Positions 27,752-37,154 of a stretch of DNA of 64,000 nucleotides are shown piece by piece (the stretch's first letter is position 1; every line of letters begins with the position of its first letter). The stretch lies in assembly GCA_030600545.1 (NCBI GenBank), contig JAUVLV010000007.1:651-64650 (forward strand), read 5' to 3'. Position numbers and translations under genes: made by a program. The notes under the pieces are model-generated. The model was not told the origin of the DNA. It searched no databases and saw only the letters and a list, made by a program, of their open reading frames with translations. This DNA comes from Candidatus Aegiribacteria sp. (lineage in GTDB: Bacteria > Fermentibacterota > Fermentibacteria > Fermentibacterales > JCC-6).

Positions 27752-28865
27752 ACAGAATCAATACAACCGTCGTAAGATTCAGATATTCAAGATATCGTTC
27801 TCCTAAGGATGAAATTTCTCCCAGAGTCAGAACTCCTTCGGGGATTTCCTCATTATCAGCAGGTTGAATTCCACGAATGATTGCCTTGAGTTCCTCAGTA
27901 TATTCGTTTTCAAGAAGAAGCGCTCTGGATATGCAGTCTGAAACAAGACAGTGACGAATTCTTCGTCCTTCAGGTAACCGGCAATCTTCCGCAGCCATTT
28001 GTGCTGCTTTAATCAGAGACTCTTTCTTTCCGCCGAGAATATCGACTACCGCATTGCCCTGCACTTCCCCTCCACAGACAATATCACCTTCAGCAGTCAT
28101 GGCAACAGTGGCTCGCCCTATGCTTTCACAGCCCTCTCTAAATAGTCCAAGAGGGTATTCCTTTGCTATATCGTAGAAATCGTTTTCAGAGAACTTCCTG
28201 CCCGAATCCTTTTCTATAGCCTTACGGTACACTTCGAAAGCATTTTCCCAGTTAAATTCATTGATCAAGTTTCGATCCGTTCGCGTCGCAACAAATGGAC
28301 CAAGCATTTTCTTCCAGCCATGACGGACACCAAGAGAACTCTCAAGCTTGACAAGAACAACTATCGCTGCATCATTACAAAACCCTTCGGATGAAAAAAG
28401 GCATAGGTCTTTCTTCATGCTCTGGTAGCCTGCTCCTCCGCCGAAGTAATTAACTGAATTTCCCAGCTTATCAAGCATCTCCGAAAGGAACAATCCGATA
28501 TTAGGAGCCATTCCGTCGATCAGGATAATGGCGGTGTATTTAGTATCGGATTCCATATTCTGAAATCCTGTGAAATCAGGAATCTTTATGCAATCCGGTT
28601 CCTTTATACATAAAACAGCCGGTTTCCTTATTCCAGGCATTTTACGGATGATTGCGCCTCTGGTGCATTTCGACTCGCCATGAATGACACCGGGAAATAT
28701 CCCACCGAAAAAGCATATCCCCTTGTTATTCAAGTCACTCGTCATACCTTCAACATCAGGTACACTATCTTCCCCAATAAGGATCATGACTACTTCATTG
28801 TCTTTTACATCAAGCTCGCAAACAGCTTCAACGATGCTATCTCGATTCACTTCAGTCAAAAACAT
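27744..28865 (-). CDS. FIST-domain signal-transduction protein
   Basis: 373 aa. The pattern of FIST_N/FIST_C (…VVMILIGEDS…FFGGIFPGVI…, …YFGGGAGYQS…, …CGGEV…) is recognised by eye. Its stop overlaps the kinase start by 8 nt (ATGAGTAA). Confidence 0.62.
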   Translation of the reverse strand: MFLTEVNRDSIVEAVCELDVKDNEVVMILIGEDSVPDVEGMTSDLNNKGICFFGGIFPGVIHGESKCTRGAIIRKMPGIRKPAVLCIKEPDCIKIPDFTGFQNMESDTKYTAIILIDGMAPNIGLFLSEMLDKLGNSVNYFGGGAGYQSMKKDLCLFSSEGFCNDAAIVVLVKLESSLGVRHGWKKMLGPFVATRTDRNLINEFNWENAFEVYRKAIEKDSGRKFSENDFYDIAKEYPLGLFREGCESIGRATVAMTAEGDIVCGGEVQGNAVVDILGGKKESLIKAAQMAAEDCRLPEGRRIRHCLVSDCISRALLLENEYTEELKAIIRGIQPADNEEIPEGVLTLGEISSLGERYLEYLNLTTVVLILYE

Positions 28866-29189
28866 ATTCCACCTCGCAAATTTCCTGCTACGATTATTCT
28901 ATATGAATTTTGATCCAGCGCCAAACTGTCTTAACAAGAAGGCATTTTCATGAGTTCTTTGATATATTGTCAAACTGCTGCGGGAAGCTGGTGTATTGGT
29001 ATGCAGTTCATCTGATCAAACGTAACCGTTTAGCTGTTAAATGAACAATTCTGATAGAGTTTTGACCATAAGAATAAATGTGCCATATTCAAAAGGAAAA
29101 ATAACACTGTGATTGGTGATCAACTGCACCTGATTCTTATCCGGTATCTTTTCAGGTGAGTGAGTTTCAGCAGTAACCAAAGGTGATAC

Positions 29190-31889
29190 ATGATGAAAAG
29201 CCCGATTCACAATGATCTGAAAACGGATATGCTTGATAATGCTCCTGTGATCATCGCATTCCTCGATATGGATCACAATATTGTCTGGGCTAACAAAGCA
29301 TATCAGAAAACCACAGGTTTGTCTCTGCAGGAAATGGAAGGTAAGAAATGCTACTTATCCTGGGGACTTGCCGAACCTTGTAGTAATTGCCCTGTGATGA
29401 AAGCAATTAATACGGGAGAACCCAGCGAAGCCGAGTTGACTCCGCAAAATCAGGAACAATGGTCTGATACCCAGGGTTTATGGTTGATAAGGGCAATGCC
29501 AATCAGAAATGAGGACGGCGATATAATCGGTGCAATGATGGTTGCTTTCGATATCACCGACCGCAAAAAGGCGGAGAAAACGCTCCGAGAAAGTGAAGAA
29601 CAGCTACAAACTCTGATTAACGCTATGCCGGGTTTTATATGTTTCAAGGATGGTGATGGACGTTGGATCAAGGTTAATGATGCCGGCATCCGCATTTTCC
29701 AGCTTGAGAATATTGACTATCGAGGAAGGACAGATTCCGAACTGGCTGAACTCAGCAACCATCTTCAAGGTGCTTTCCTTACGTGCGAAAAATCCGATAA
29801 AATGGCATGGAATGAGAAACGTCTTTTTACCCAGGAAGAGAGAATTTCTCAGTCTGATGGAACGATTCGAGATTATGATGTCACCAAAGTCCCTGTTTTT
29901 CATTCGGATGGCAGGCGTAAGGGCATCGTTGTTATTGGACATGACATCACAGACCGCAAGAATGCGGAGGATGCGCTGCGGAAGAGCGAAAAGAAATACC
30001 GCTCCCTCACCGAGAACATGTCTGACATCGTGTATTCGATTGACCTGAATGGCACTTTAACCTACATCAGTCCTCAGACAAAACAATATGGTATAAATCC
30101 TGAGACATTAATATCCAGGAATCTGTTGGAGATTGTCCACCCGGAAGACCGGGATAGCATTGCAAAAGAGTATCAGAGAGTTCTTGAAACAGGTAAGGAG
30201 TTTCCCAGCACATTCAGAGTGCTGGATACAGAGGAAGATATTCACTGGTTCGAAGATATAGGAAAAATCCAACGCGACAAAGAAGGGAACGTCACCGGAC
30301 TGGCGGGTGTTCTCCGCGACATCACCGAACGCAAACAGACAGAAAAAGCATTATGTGATAGCGAACAGAATTTCAGAGATATGACGAATCTTTTACCACA
30401 GATCGTCTTTGAGATTGATACCGATGGAAATCTCACTTTTGTGAATAAACAGGCATTTGATTCTTTTGGATATTCTCAAGAGGAATTCGAAAAAGGAGTT
30501 AATCTTCTGCAGACATTAATCCCGTCCGACAGAAAAAAAACAAAAGAGAACATACAGAATTCGTTGCGTGGAAAAGCTGTTAGAAATTCTGAGTATACTG
30601 CCCTGAGAAAAGATGGAAGCACATTTCCAATTGTAATATACTCAAGTGCAATTCTTAAAGATAACAAACCCGTTGGTTTAAGAGGAATCATTGTTGACGC
30701 TACCGAACTTAAGCATGCCGAAGAGGAAAAGGCACAGATCGAGGATCAATACCGTCAGGCTCAGAAAATGGAATCAGTCGGTCGTCTGGCGGGTGGAGTA
30801 GCTCACGATTTTAACAACATGCTTGGAGTAATTCTCGGTTACACGGAAATACTGCAGAACAAGATATCCCCAGACCAACCGATCTATGCTGCCCTTCAGG
30901 AGATCCATAAGGCCGCAGACCGCTCCGCCGACCTTACCCGGCAATTACTCGCCTTTGCCCGCAGACAGACTGTATCGCCCAAAGTGCTTGAACTTAATGA
31001 GACCGTGGAAGGAATGCTTAATATGCTCCTGCGGCTCATAGGCGAGGATATAGATCTCGTATGGCTGCCGGGTACGGATCTTTGGCCGATTATGGTGGAT
31101 CCGGCACAGATCGATCAGATTCTGGCCAATCTGTGCGTCAATGGCCGTGATGCCATCGCAGGCGTAGGTAAGATGACCATAGAAACAAGAAACGTTTTTC
31201 TCAACAAGTCCTATTGCAACAAATTTCCAGGATCTATCCCCGGCGAGTATATTCTTCTTGCCGTTAGTGACGATGGCTGTGGCATGGACAATGATACTCT
31301 GGAAAATCTCTTCGAACCATTTTTCACAACCAAAGAAGTTGGTCAGGGTACCGGCCTTGGGCTGGCCACTGTCTACGGCATAGTCAAGCAGAACAACGGT
31401 TTCATCAACGTATGCAGCAAACCTGGCGAAGGAACGACCTTTAATATCTACCTTTCAAGATACGTTGGGGAAAAAGCGCAGATGCAAAAGGAAAGTCAGA
31501 CGGAACCGGTTGGACATGGCAACGAAACCATCCTTCTGGTGGAAGATGAGCCGGCAATTCTGGAAATGGCAACGGCTATGCTTGAAATGCAGGGTTACAC
31601 CGTTTTGGCCGCCACCATACCATGTGAGGCCATCCTTATGGCCGAGAAATACGACAGCGAAATTCACCTGCTCATGACCGACGTGGTAATGCCCGAAATG
31701 AACGGTCGTGATCTTGCTAAAAAACTGTTATCACTTCGTCCGGATATTAAGTACCTGTTCATGTCCGGCTATACAGCCAACGTTATCGCCCACAGGCGTG
31801 TGCTGGACGAAGGTATTAATTTTATCCAGAAACCCTTCACTTTGCAGGACCTGTCTACAAAAGTGCGTGAAGTCCTGGACTGCGAATGA
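29190..31889 (+). CDS. Soluble multi-PAS hybrid sensor histidine kinase
   Basis: 899 aa. About four PAS/PAC repeats (recurring ...DITDRKxAEExLRxSE linkers). H-box GGVAHDFNNMLGVILG. HATPase motifs DDGCGM, GTGLGLA. C-terminal receiver (LLVEDEP...TDVVMPEMNG). Confidence 0.85.
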   Translation: MMKSPIHNDLKTDMLDNAPVIIAFLDMDHNIVWANKAYQKTTGLSLQEMEGKKCYLSWGLAEPCSNCPVMKAINTGEPSEAELTPQNQEQWSDTQGLWLIRAMPIRNEDGDIIGAMMVAFDITDRKKAEKTLRESEEQLQTLINAMPGFICFKDGDGRWIKVNDAGIRIFQLENIDYRGRTDSELAELSNHLQGAFLTCEKSDKMAWNEKRLFTQEERISQSDGTIRDYDVTKVPVFHSDGRRKGIVVIGHDITDRKNAEDALRKSEKKYRSLTENMSDIVYSIDLNGTLTYISPQTKQYGINPETLISRNLLEIVHPEDRDSIAKEYQRVLETGKEFPSTFRVLDTEEDIHWFEDIGKIQRDKEGNVTGLAGVLRDITERKQTEKALCDSEQNFRDMTNLLPQIVFEIDTDGNLTFVNKQAFDSFGYSQEEFEKGVNLLQTLIPSDRKKTKENIQNSLRGKAVRNSEYTALRKDGSTFPIVIYSSAILKDNKPVGLRGIIVDATELKHAEEEKAQIEDQYRQAQKMESVGRLAGGVAHDFNNMLGVILGYTEILQNKISPDQPIYAALQEIHKAADRSADLTRQLLAFARRQTVSPKVLELNETVEGMLNMLLRLIGEDIDLVWLPGTDLWPIMVDPAQIDQILANLCVNGRDAIAGVGKMTIETRNVFLNKSYCNKFPGSIPGEYILLAVSDDGCGMDNDTLENLFEPFFTTKEVGQGTGLGLATVYGIVKQNNGFINVCSKPGEGTTFNIYLSRYVGEKAQMQKESQTEPVGHGNETILLVEDEPAILEMATAMLEMQGYTVLAATIPCEAILMAEKYDSEIHLLMTDVVMPEMNGRDLAKKLLSLRPDIKYLFMSGYTANVIAHRRVLDEGINFIQKPFTLQDLSTKVREVLDCE

Positions 31890-31905
31890 GAAGATCATAA
31901 CCCGT

Positions 31906-32265
31906 TTAATCCCCGGCTATAAGTCTTGATGCAGTTTCTACATCTATTTCTCCATCACTGAGCCTCTTGAGAACATCAGCGGGGTCCTGTGGAGGTTTTT
32001 CACCCTTCAGTTCACTGAACATACTTTCTATTCTCAGTCTTACAGTAGGATAAGATACGCCCAGTTTCCTCTGTACTTCCTTGAGATTCCCTCTTGATTC
32101 CATGAACAGGTCAAACAATTCTCTGTTTTTCGCCTCAAGTGCACATACCGGGCACAAGTCGAACTCACCGTTTACTTCTGTACCACAGGAGCTGCACTGA
32201 AGTTTAACAACTATGAGTCTGTCTCCGCAACTTGGACATTTAGGTGGAATGGAACTGTCACTCAT
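31906..32265 (-). CDS. DUF2089-like zinc-ribbon/HTH protein
   Basis: 119 aa. CPSCGDRL...CSSCGTEV zinc-ribbon, then RNLKEVQRKLGVSYPTVRLRI HTH-like segment. Confidence 0.7.
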   Translation of the reverse strand: MSDSSIPPKCPSCGDRLIVVKLQCSSCGTEVNGEFDLCPVCALEAKNRELFDLFMESRGNLKEVQRKLGVSYPTVRLRIESMFSELKGEKPPQDPADVLKRLSDGEIDVETASRLIAGD

Positions 32266-33298
32266 TTTCTCTCATTTCCTCGTTTTTCTGTTGTTTTTCT
32301 TCTTCCACGTACTTCTCTTTAACAGGTTCTTTGCCGGACCGCACGATTGAGATATTGCCTCCCATGGTTTTTATTCTGAGTTCGGGGGATTCATCTCCAT
32401 CCGTCAGGTCTATATTTACTCTGGAAGAACCAGGATGTCCAGACTCGGTTAATCCGGATATATCATCCTGAACGGATATTTCACCTCCCATGGTCTTTGC
32501 CGATATCTCAGCCTTTGTACTTTCACATATATCCAGTATTATGTTACCGCCCATTGTAGTAACTTTTGAATCTTCATTCCAGTCATCAGTAAGTCTGATC
32601 AGAATATTTCCCCCCATCGTTTTCGATCTGAAAGCTCTTGAAACTTCATTCAGGCTGATATCGCCACCCATTGTTTTAATATCAGTTGTTGCAGATATAC
32701 TGTTTAGAGTGATGTTTCCACCCGTTATGCTCGCCTTTATATTTCCAACCGTTTCCGGAATGTTTAGCGACAGATCACCCTTATCCCATTTTAGATAAAC
32801 CGTTCCATTATCCCGGTATAAGCGTATGTTTGGAGTATTATCTCCAATTACTTCAAGAATCGAACCTTCTACTCCGTTCAAAACCAGATCACCCCCGCTT
32901 TTCCTACTTCGCCTGTGAACAGGTCGTTTCAGAACAAGCTTTGTACCTTCTTCCAGTTCAATTGAACCTTCTAGAAGCTCGGCATCTTCGAATATATCTT
33001 CATCTATTTCAACGAATTCATCATCATTACCGGATACAGAGTCCTTTACGATACCGCGAACCATGCGGCCTATATCACGCAATCCGTCAAGACCGGTTAT
33101 ATGCCCGCTTCCTATGTTCTCACGCATCATACGCTTCTTTTCCTTAACCCTCCTTGCCGGTGATTCTATCTCCCTTCTCTTTTGGTTACCTTTCTCAAGT
33201 GCTTCCAGAAGTTTTGCGCCATCGTCGGCACTTATTTTTCCATCGGACACCATCTGAAGGATCTCTCTCTGTTCTTCGCTCATGACCGCTCCTTTCAA
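32258..33298 (-). CDS. DUF4097-like beta-strand-repeat protein with SHOCT/LiaX-like N-terminal helix
   Basis: 346 aa. N-terminal ILQMVSDGKISADDGAKLLEAL. Five copies of a KTMGG[ND]I(S/L/I) repeat. 8-nt overlap with the DUF2089 gene. Confidence 0.6.
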   Translation of the reverse strand: MKGAVMSEEQREILQMVSDGKISADDGAKLLEALEKGNQKRREIESPARRVKEKKRMMRENIGSGHITGLDGLRDIGRMVRGIVKDSVSGNDDEFVEIDEDIFEDAELLEGSIELEEGTKLVLKRPVHRRSRKSGGDLVLNGVEGSILEVIGDNTPNIRLYRDNGTVYLKWDKGDLSLNIPETVGNIKASITGGNITLNSISATTDIKTMGGDISLNEVSRAFRSKTMGGNILIRLTDDWNEDSKVTTMGGNIILDICESTKAEISAKTMGGEISVQDDISGLTESGHPGSSRVNIDLTDGDESPELRIKTMGGNISIVRSGKEPVKEKYVEEEKQQKNEEMRENE

Positions 33299-33319
33299 TT
33301 TGTGAATTATTGTGAGTAA

Positions 33320-33348
33320 TTTATAATGTTTGTTTTACATTTTGTCAA
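33320..33348 (-). promoter_or_regulatory. Candidate sigma70-type promoter of the DUF4097/DUF2089 operon
   Basis: On the minus strand: TTGACA (33348-33343), 17-nt spacer, TATAAA (33325-33320). A second TTGACA lies 16 nt further upstream. AAAGGAG Shine-Dalgarno precedes the ATG at 33298. Confidence 0.35.
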
Positions 33349-33573
33349 GTATTTGTTTCCATAGTGTCAAATTTTTTGTATCAATTCAGGAATTTGTAAT
33401 GTGATGTGAACGTACCATACTTAGTAAACTTGCGAAAGTCTTAATGAAATGGGGATGTACAAGACTTAGAAGACTTATAAAACATAATAATTGTAAATAA
33501 TCCGCTAAAAAATATTATTGAATATTTTCAAGATAATATGTATATTTAATCATGATATAATAAAGATTCGCGG

Positions 33574-34539
33574 TTATTCGGTCCAGTAGGTTGAAGAAGT
33601 TTGGTACGTCCCCGGGTTTCCGCAGTGTTTTATATCACCTCTGAGAATCTCAAGGGCATGATCGAGAACAGGGAAAGTAAAACCGGCGCATTCGATCGCG
33701 GCCTTCCTGCTCCCCGGAAGATTAATCACCAGCGTACGTTCTCTGATTCCAGCCCGGGCTCTTGAAAGCCACGCCGATTCAACGATTTCCGCTGACTTCT
33801 GCCTTATCATCTCCGGGATTCCGGGAACCGCCCTGTCGCAGACCATTTCCGTCGCTTCCGGAGTAACGTCCCTTACCGAAAATCCTGTTCCACCCGTCGT
33901 AAACAGCACATCAAGGAAACCATCCTCGCACCAGTTCCTGAGTTTTGCCGCTATTTCAGGCACCTCATCGGGAACAATGTCATACCTTGCCGGAAGAAAA
34001 CCGTTACCGCGAAGCAATTCTATCAATGCGGGACCGCTCAGATCATCGTAAACCCCTCCGGACGCTGAATCACTTACGGTCAGTACACCTGCGCTGTATC
34101 CTGGTTTACGGAGTATTTCAACTGAATCGCCCGGTTTAACAGCGCCACCTGTGAGAACTTCAGCGAAGACACCCTCCCGGGGGAAAATGTTCTTCTGAAT
34201 GACATTGTCAGCATGGCCGTCGGAATCGTCCTTACCTATTTCCGTAATTCTTACAATCGCGGAATCGCCAAGCTTCATCTGAACTCCCCGAAGAAGTGTA
34301 TGCATTTCGATTGCGCCATGGATATCGATATTCTCACCGCAGCAGCCGTGCAGGGTTCTTATTCCATCCGCTTCCATTTTTGCAAGGGACAGCTCCGAGA
34401 GTATCGAAACCTGGCGCGGACCTTCCCCTCCGTGCGCGTCTCCCTCAACACCGAAGTTACGAACGAGATTGATGAAATTCTGTTTTACTTTTCGCGTATG
34501 GCTTTTCTCGGAAAGACATACAGCGCTTACCCTTGCCAT
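33574..34539 (-). CDS. MOSC domain fused to MoaB/MogA-type molybdopterin-binding domain
   Basis: 321 aa. The N-terminal half is MOSC-like (GVEGDAHGG...RQVSILS). The C-terminal half is MoaB/Mog-like (GVLTVSDSASGG...VLFTTGGTGFSVRDVTPEAT). Confidence 0.75.
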   Translation of the reverse strand: MARVSAVCLSEKSHTRKVKQNFINLVRNFGVEGDAHGGEGPRQVSILSELSLAKMEADGIRTLHGCCGENIDIHGAIEMHTLLRGVQMKLGDSAIVRITEIGKDDSDGHADNVIQKNIFPREGVFAEVLTGGAVKPGDSVEILRKPGYSAGVLTVSDSASGGVYDDLSGPALIELLRGNGFLPARYDIVPDEVPEIAAKLRNWCEDGFLDVLFTTGGTGFSVRDVTPEATEMVCDRAVPGIPEMIRQKSAEIVESAWLSRARAGIRERTLVINLPGSRKAAIECAGFTFPVLDHALEILRGDIKHCGNPGTYQTSSTYWTE

Positions 34540-35000
34540 CTGTACTCTCCCGATTTTCCTCCGCTTTTACGTACGAGCCTTACTTCTCCTATTTCCATGC
34601 CCCTGTCCAGTGCCTTGGTCATATCGTAGATGATAAGAAGGGCGGTAGTAACTCCTGTGAGGGCTTCCATCTCAAATCCGGTTGATTCGATGCCCTTAAC
34701 GGTACAGGTAACTTCAACGGTGTTTCCGTACCTGCTGAAATCTATCTCCACCACGCCGATTCTTACTGGATGACACAGCGGTATTAATTCCCAGGTTTTC
34801 TTCACTGCGGTAATGGCGCCTATTCTAGCTGTAGAGAATACATCGCCCTTGGGAGCGGAGTCATCGTCAATCGCAGCGGCAGCGTTCCTGCCAAGTTTAA
34901 TACAACCGGATGCTACAGCTGTTCTTGCTGTAGGTTCCTTCAATGAAACATCAACCATCCTTGCATTTCCCTTTTCATCAATATGTGACATTTTCTTCAT
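34527..35000 (-). CDS. moaC: Cyclic pyranopterin monophosphate synthase accessory protein
   Basis: 157 aa. HIDEKGNARMVDVS, IPLCHP and MEALTGVTTALLIIYDM match MoaC. Confidence 0.9.
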   Translation of the reverse strand: MKKMSHIDEKGNARMVDVSLKEPTARTAVASGCIKLGRNAAAAIDDDSAPKGDVFSTARIGAITAVKKTWELIPLCHPVRIGVVEIDFSRYGNTVEVTCTVKGIESTGFEMEALTGVTTALLIIYDMTKALDRGMEIGEVRLVRKSGGKSGEYRWQG

Positions 35001-35001
35001 A

Positions 35002-35946
35002 CTAACCGCCTATTCTCCACATCTTCGCATGAACACATCCACCGTGTGAATCAGGTTTTCTCATTACGGTTTCCCTGACCAGCTTAGAAATCGTTTCATC
35101 ACATGAATCACCGCGCAGCAGCTCTATCAGCGATACTCCCTCCGCCGCCGCCAGACATGTGTAAAGAGTGCCCCGGGCCGAAAGTCTTATTCTACTGCAG
35201 GAGCTGCACATGGGATCGGAGAATGGCGCGATTATTCCGAAGGTCAGCCCGGTGTCCTCTTCGGTGTAAATACCTGCTGTACCGATATCATCCTGCCTGA
35301 CGATTTTTCCAAGAACGGAAGCTCTTTCGATTATCTCATCCCTCGAAACAAATGTATCATCGGACAGCATCGAAGGCATATGTTCAATGAAACGAACTGT
35401 AACGCCTGTCTCCCCGCTCCATTTGATGAACTCGGCTATCTCGTCATCGTTGATATTTCTCATGACTACGCAATTCACCTTTACCGGACCAAAACCTGCA
35501 TCGAAGGCTGACGCAATGGCATTCTCAATGATTTCCAGGGATATATCCCTCCTGGAAATAAGTCTTATCCGGTCATCCCTCAGGCTGTCCAGGCTGATGT
35601 TGACCCTCTTTATACCCGCACCGGCAAGCTGAGGCGCCATACCGCTTAGTAATAGTCCATTTGTCGTAAGTACAAGTTCTTCAGGGTGGTGACCGGAAAC
35701 TCCGCGCAAGAGGTCCAGAAGCCCTTTTCTTACGAGTGGCTCCCCTCCGGTTATCCTGACTTTCCTGATGCCTGCCGCTTTTATTATTATCCCGGTAAGT
35801 TGGATGGTTTCATCCACGGATAGAACATCATCGTGAGATACAAGGGGAATACCCTCCTCCGGCATGCAGTAGATACACCTGAGATTACACCTGTCCGTCA
35901 CCGAAAGCCTGAGGTAATCGATCTCTCGCCCTTTTGAATCCTTCAC
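35002..35946 (-). CDS. moaA: GTP 3',8-cyclase (radical SAM)
   Basis: 314 aa. LRLSVTDRCNLRCIYCMPEEG cluster motif, ITGGEPL, C-terminal Cys cluster CSSCSRIRLSARG. Confidence 0.9.
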   Translation of the reverse strand: MKDSKGREIDYLRLSVTDRCNLRCIYCMPEEGIPLVSHDDVLSVDETIQLTGIIIKAAGIRKVRITGGEPLVRKGLLDLLRGVSGHHPEELVLTTNGLLLSGMAPQLAGAGIKRVNISLDSLRDDRIRLISRRDISLEIIENAIASAFDAGFGPVKVNCVVMRNINDDEIAEFIKWSGETGVTVRFIEHMPSMLSDDTFVSRDEIIERASVLGKIVRQDDIGTAGIYTEEDTGLTFGIIAPFSDPMCSSCSRIRLSARGTLYTCLAAAEGVSLIELLRGDSCDETISKLVRETVMRKPDSHGGCVHAKMWRIGG

Positions 35947-37154
35947 GAAAAGGAAAGTTCACCCGCTGTGGAACTGAGAAAGTGAAAAGGCAGGGCTTCC
36001 CCGTCCCGAATACTCAATTGATCAATACCAACCATGGCCAGGGCGTTGATATTTACAGTACTCATAAGATCTCCCGAACCTGAGGAATCAGGATGATGAA
36101 GCTTCCATGAATTGCCTTCCCTGTATGCAAGAACCCTGAGAAAATGCAGTCTTCCCGGCTTCTTTCTGTAATCAGAAGTTATTTCACCATGGTATATGCG
36201 CTTATGGTATCCCTTGAAGCCTGATTTTTTTCTCAGAAGTGGAAGAACGTACTCCTCGATGGATACCATCACTGAAACAGGATTCCCCGGCAGGCCGAAA
36301 ACAGGCTTTCCTGTCGGTCCGCTGCCGAAGGTCAGGGGTTTGCCTGGTTTCTGGGCAACCATCCTGAAGTGTATATTCACACCCAGGGATTCGAGAACGG
36401 ATGGAACGAAATCCCTTGTTCCCTTCGAAACTCCCCCAGCTGTCACAAGAACATCGCTGCAGCTGAGAAGCTGGGTAAAGGTTGCCCTGAGAGAATCCGG
36501 ATCGTCAGCGGAATGTATCGACACCTCGACCGGAAAACCGCTCATTGACAATTGAGAATTAATCAAAGGCAGATTCGCGTTCCTTACTTTTCCCGGTGAC
36601 GGTATCCATGTGGGTGGAATAACTTCAGTTCCTGTAGTTACCACGGCAATATGGGGTTTTCTGAAAACCGGCAATACACTCCTTCCGGCCATAGCAGCAA
36701 TACCCATATGCTGATGGGAGAGTCTTGTACCATGCTCCAGCACCATCTGACCTTTGTTAATGTCTTCGCCCCTCCAGCAGATGTGCGCCCCCTCAGACGG
36801 AACCTTTTCAAGATGTAAAATGGAATCTTCAATAACTGATTCTTCGACTATTACGATTCTGTCCGCGCCTTCAGGTACGGGAGCCCCTGTCATTATCGGG
36901 TATGCAACGCCAGGTTTTACTCTGATTTCTCTGGAATCACCCGCAGTGATCTCTCCTTGGAGTTCGTGCCTATGATCGTCTCCTGAAATGGCAAATCCAT
37001 CCATTGCCGACCGGTTGAAAGGTGGCATATCGATATCAGAATGGACATCCTCGGCCAGAATGTGACCGTCAGCCTTACCTATGGGCACTTCTTCCATCTC
37101 CGGTTCTCCTGAATTATCAAGTACCAGTTTCAGTGCTTCCTCTATCGGTAGCAT
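35943..37154 (-). CDS. moeA: Molybdopterin molybdenum/tungsten transferase
   Basis: 403 aa. PPFNRSAMDGFAI, IMTGAPVPEGAD, VTAGGVSKGTRDF and GLPGNPVS are MoeA motifs. Confidence 0.85.
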   Translation of the reverse strand: MLPIEEALKLVLDNSGEPEMEEVPIGKADGHILAEDVHSDIDMPPFNRSAMDGFAISGDDHRHELQGEITAGDSREIRVKPGVAYPIMTGAPVPEGADRIVIVEESVIEDSILHLEKVPSEGAHICWRGEDINKGQMVLEHGTRLSHQHMGIAAMAGRSVLPVFRKPHIAVVTTGTEVIPPTWIPSPGKVRNANLPLINSQLSMSGFPVEVSIHSADDPDSLRATFTQLLSCSDVLVTAGGVSKGTRDFVPSVLESLGVNIHFRMVAQKPGKPLTFGSGPTGKPVFGLPGNPVSVMVSIEEYVLPLLRKKSGFKGYHKRIYHGEITSDYRKKPGRLHFLRVLAYREGNSWKLHHPDSSGSGDLMSTVNINALAMVGIDQLSIRDGEALPFHFLSSTAGELSFS

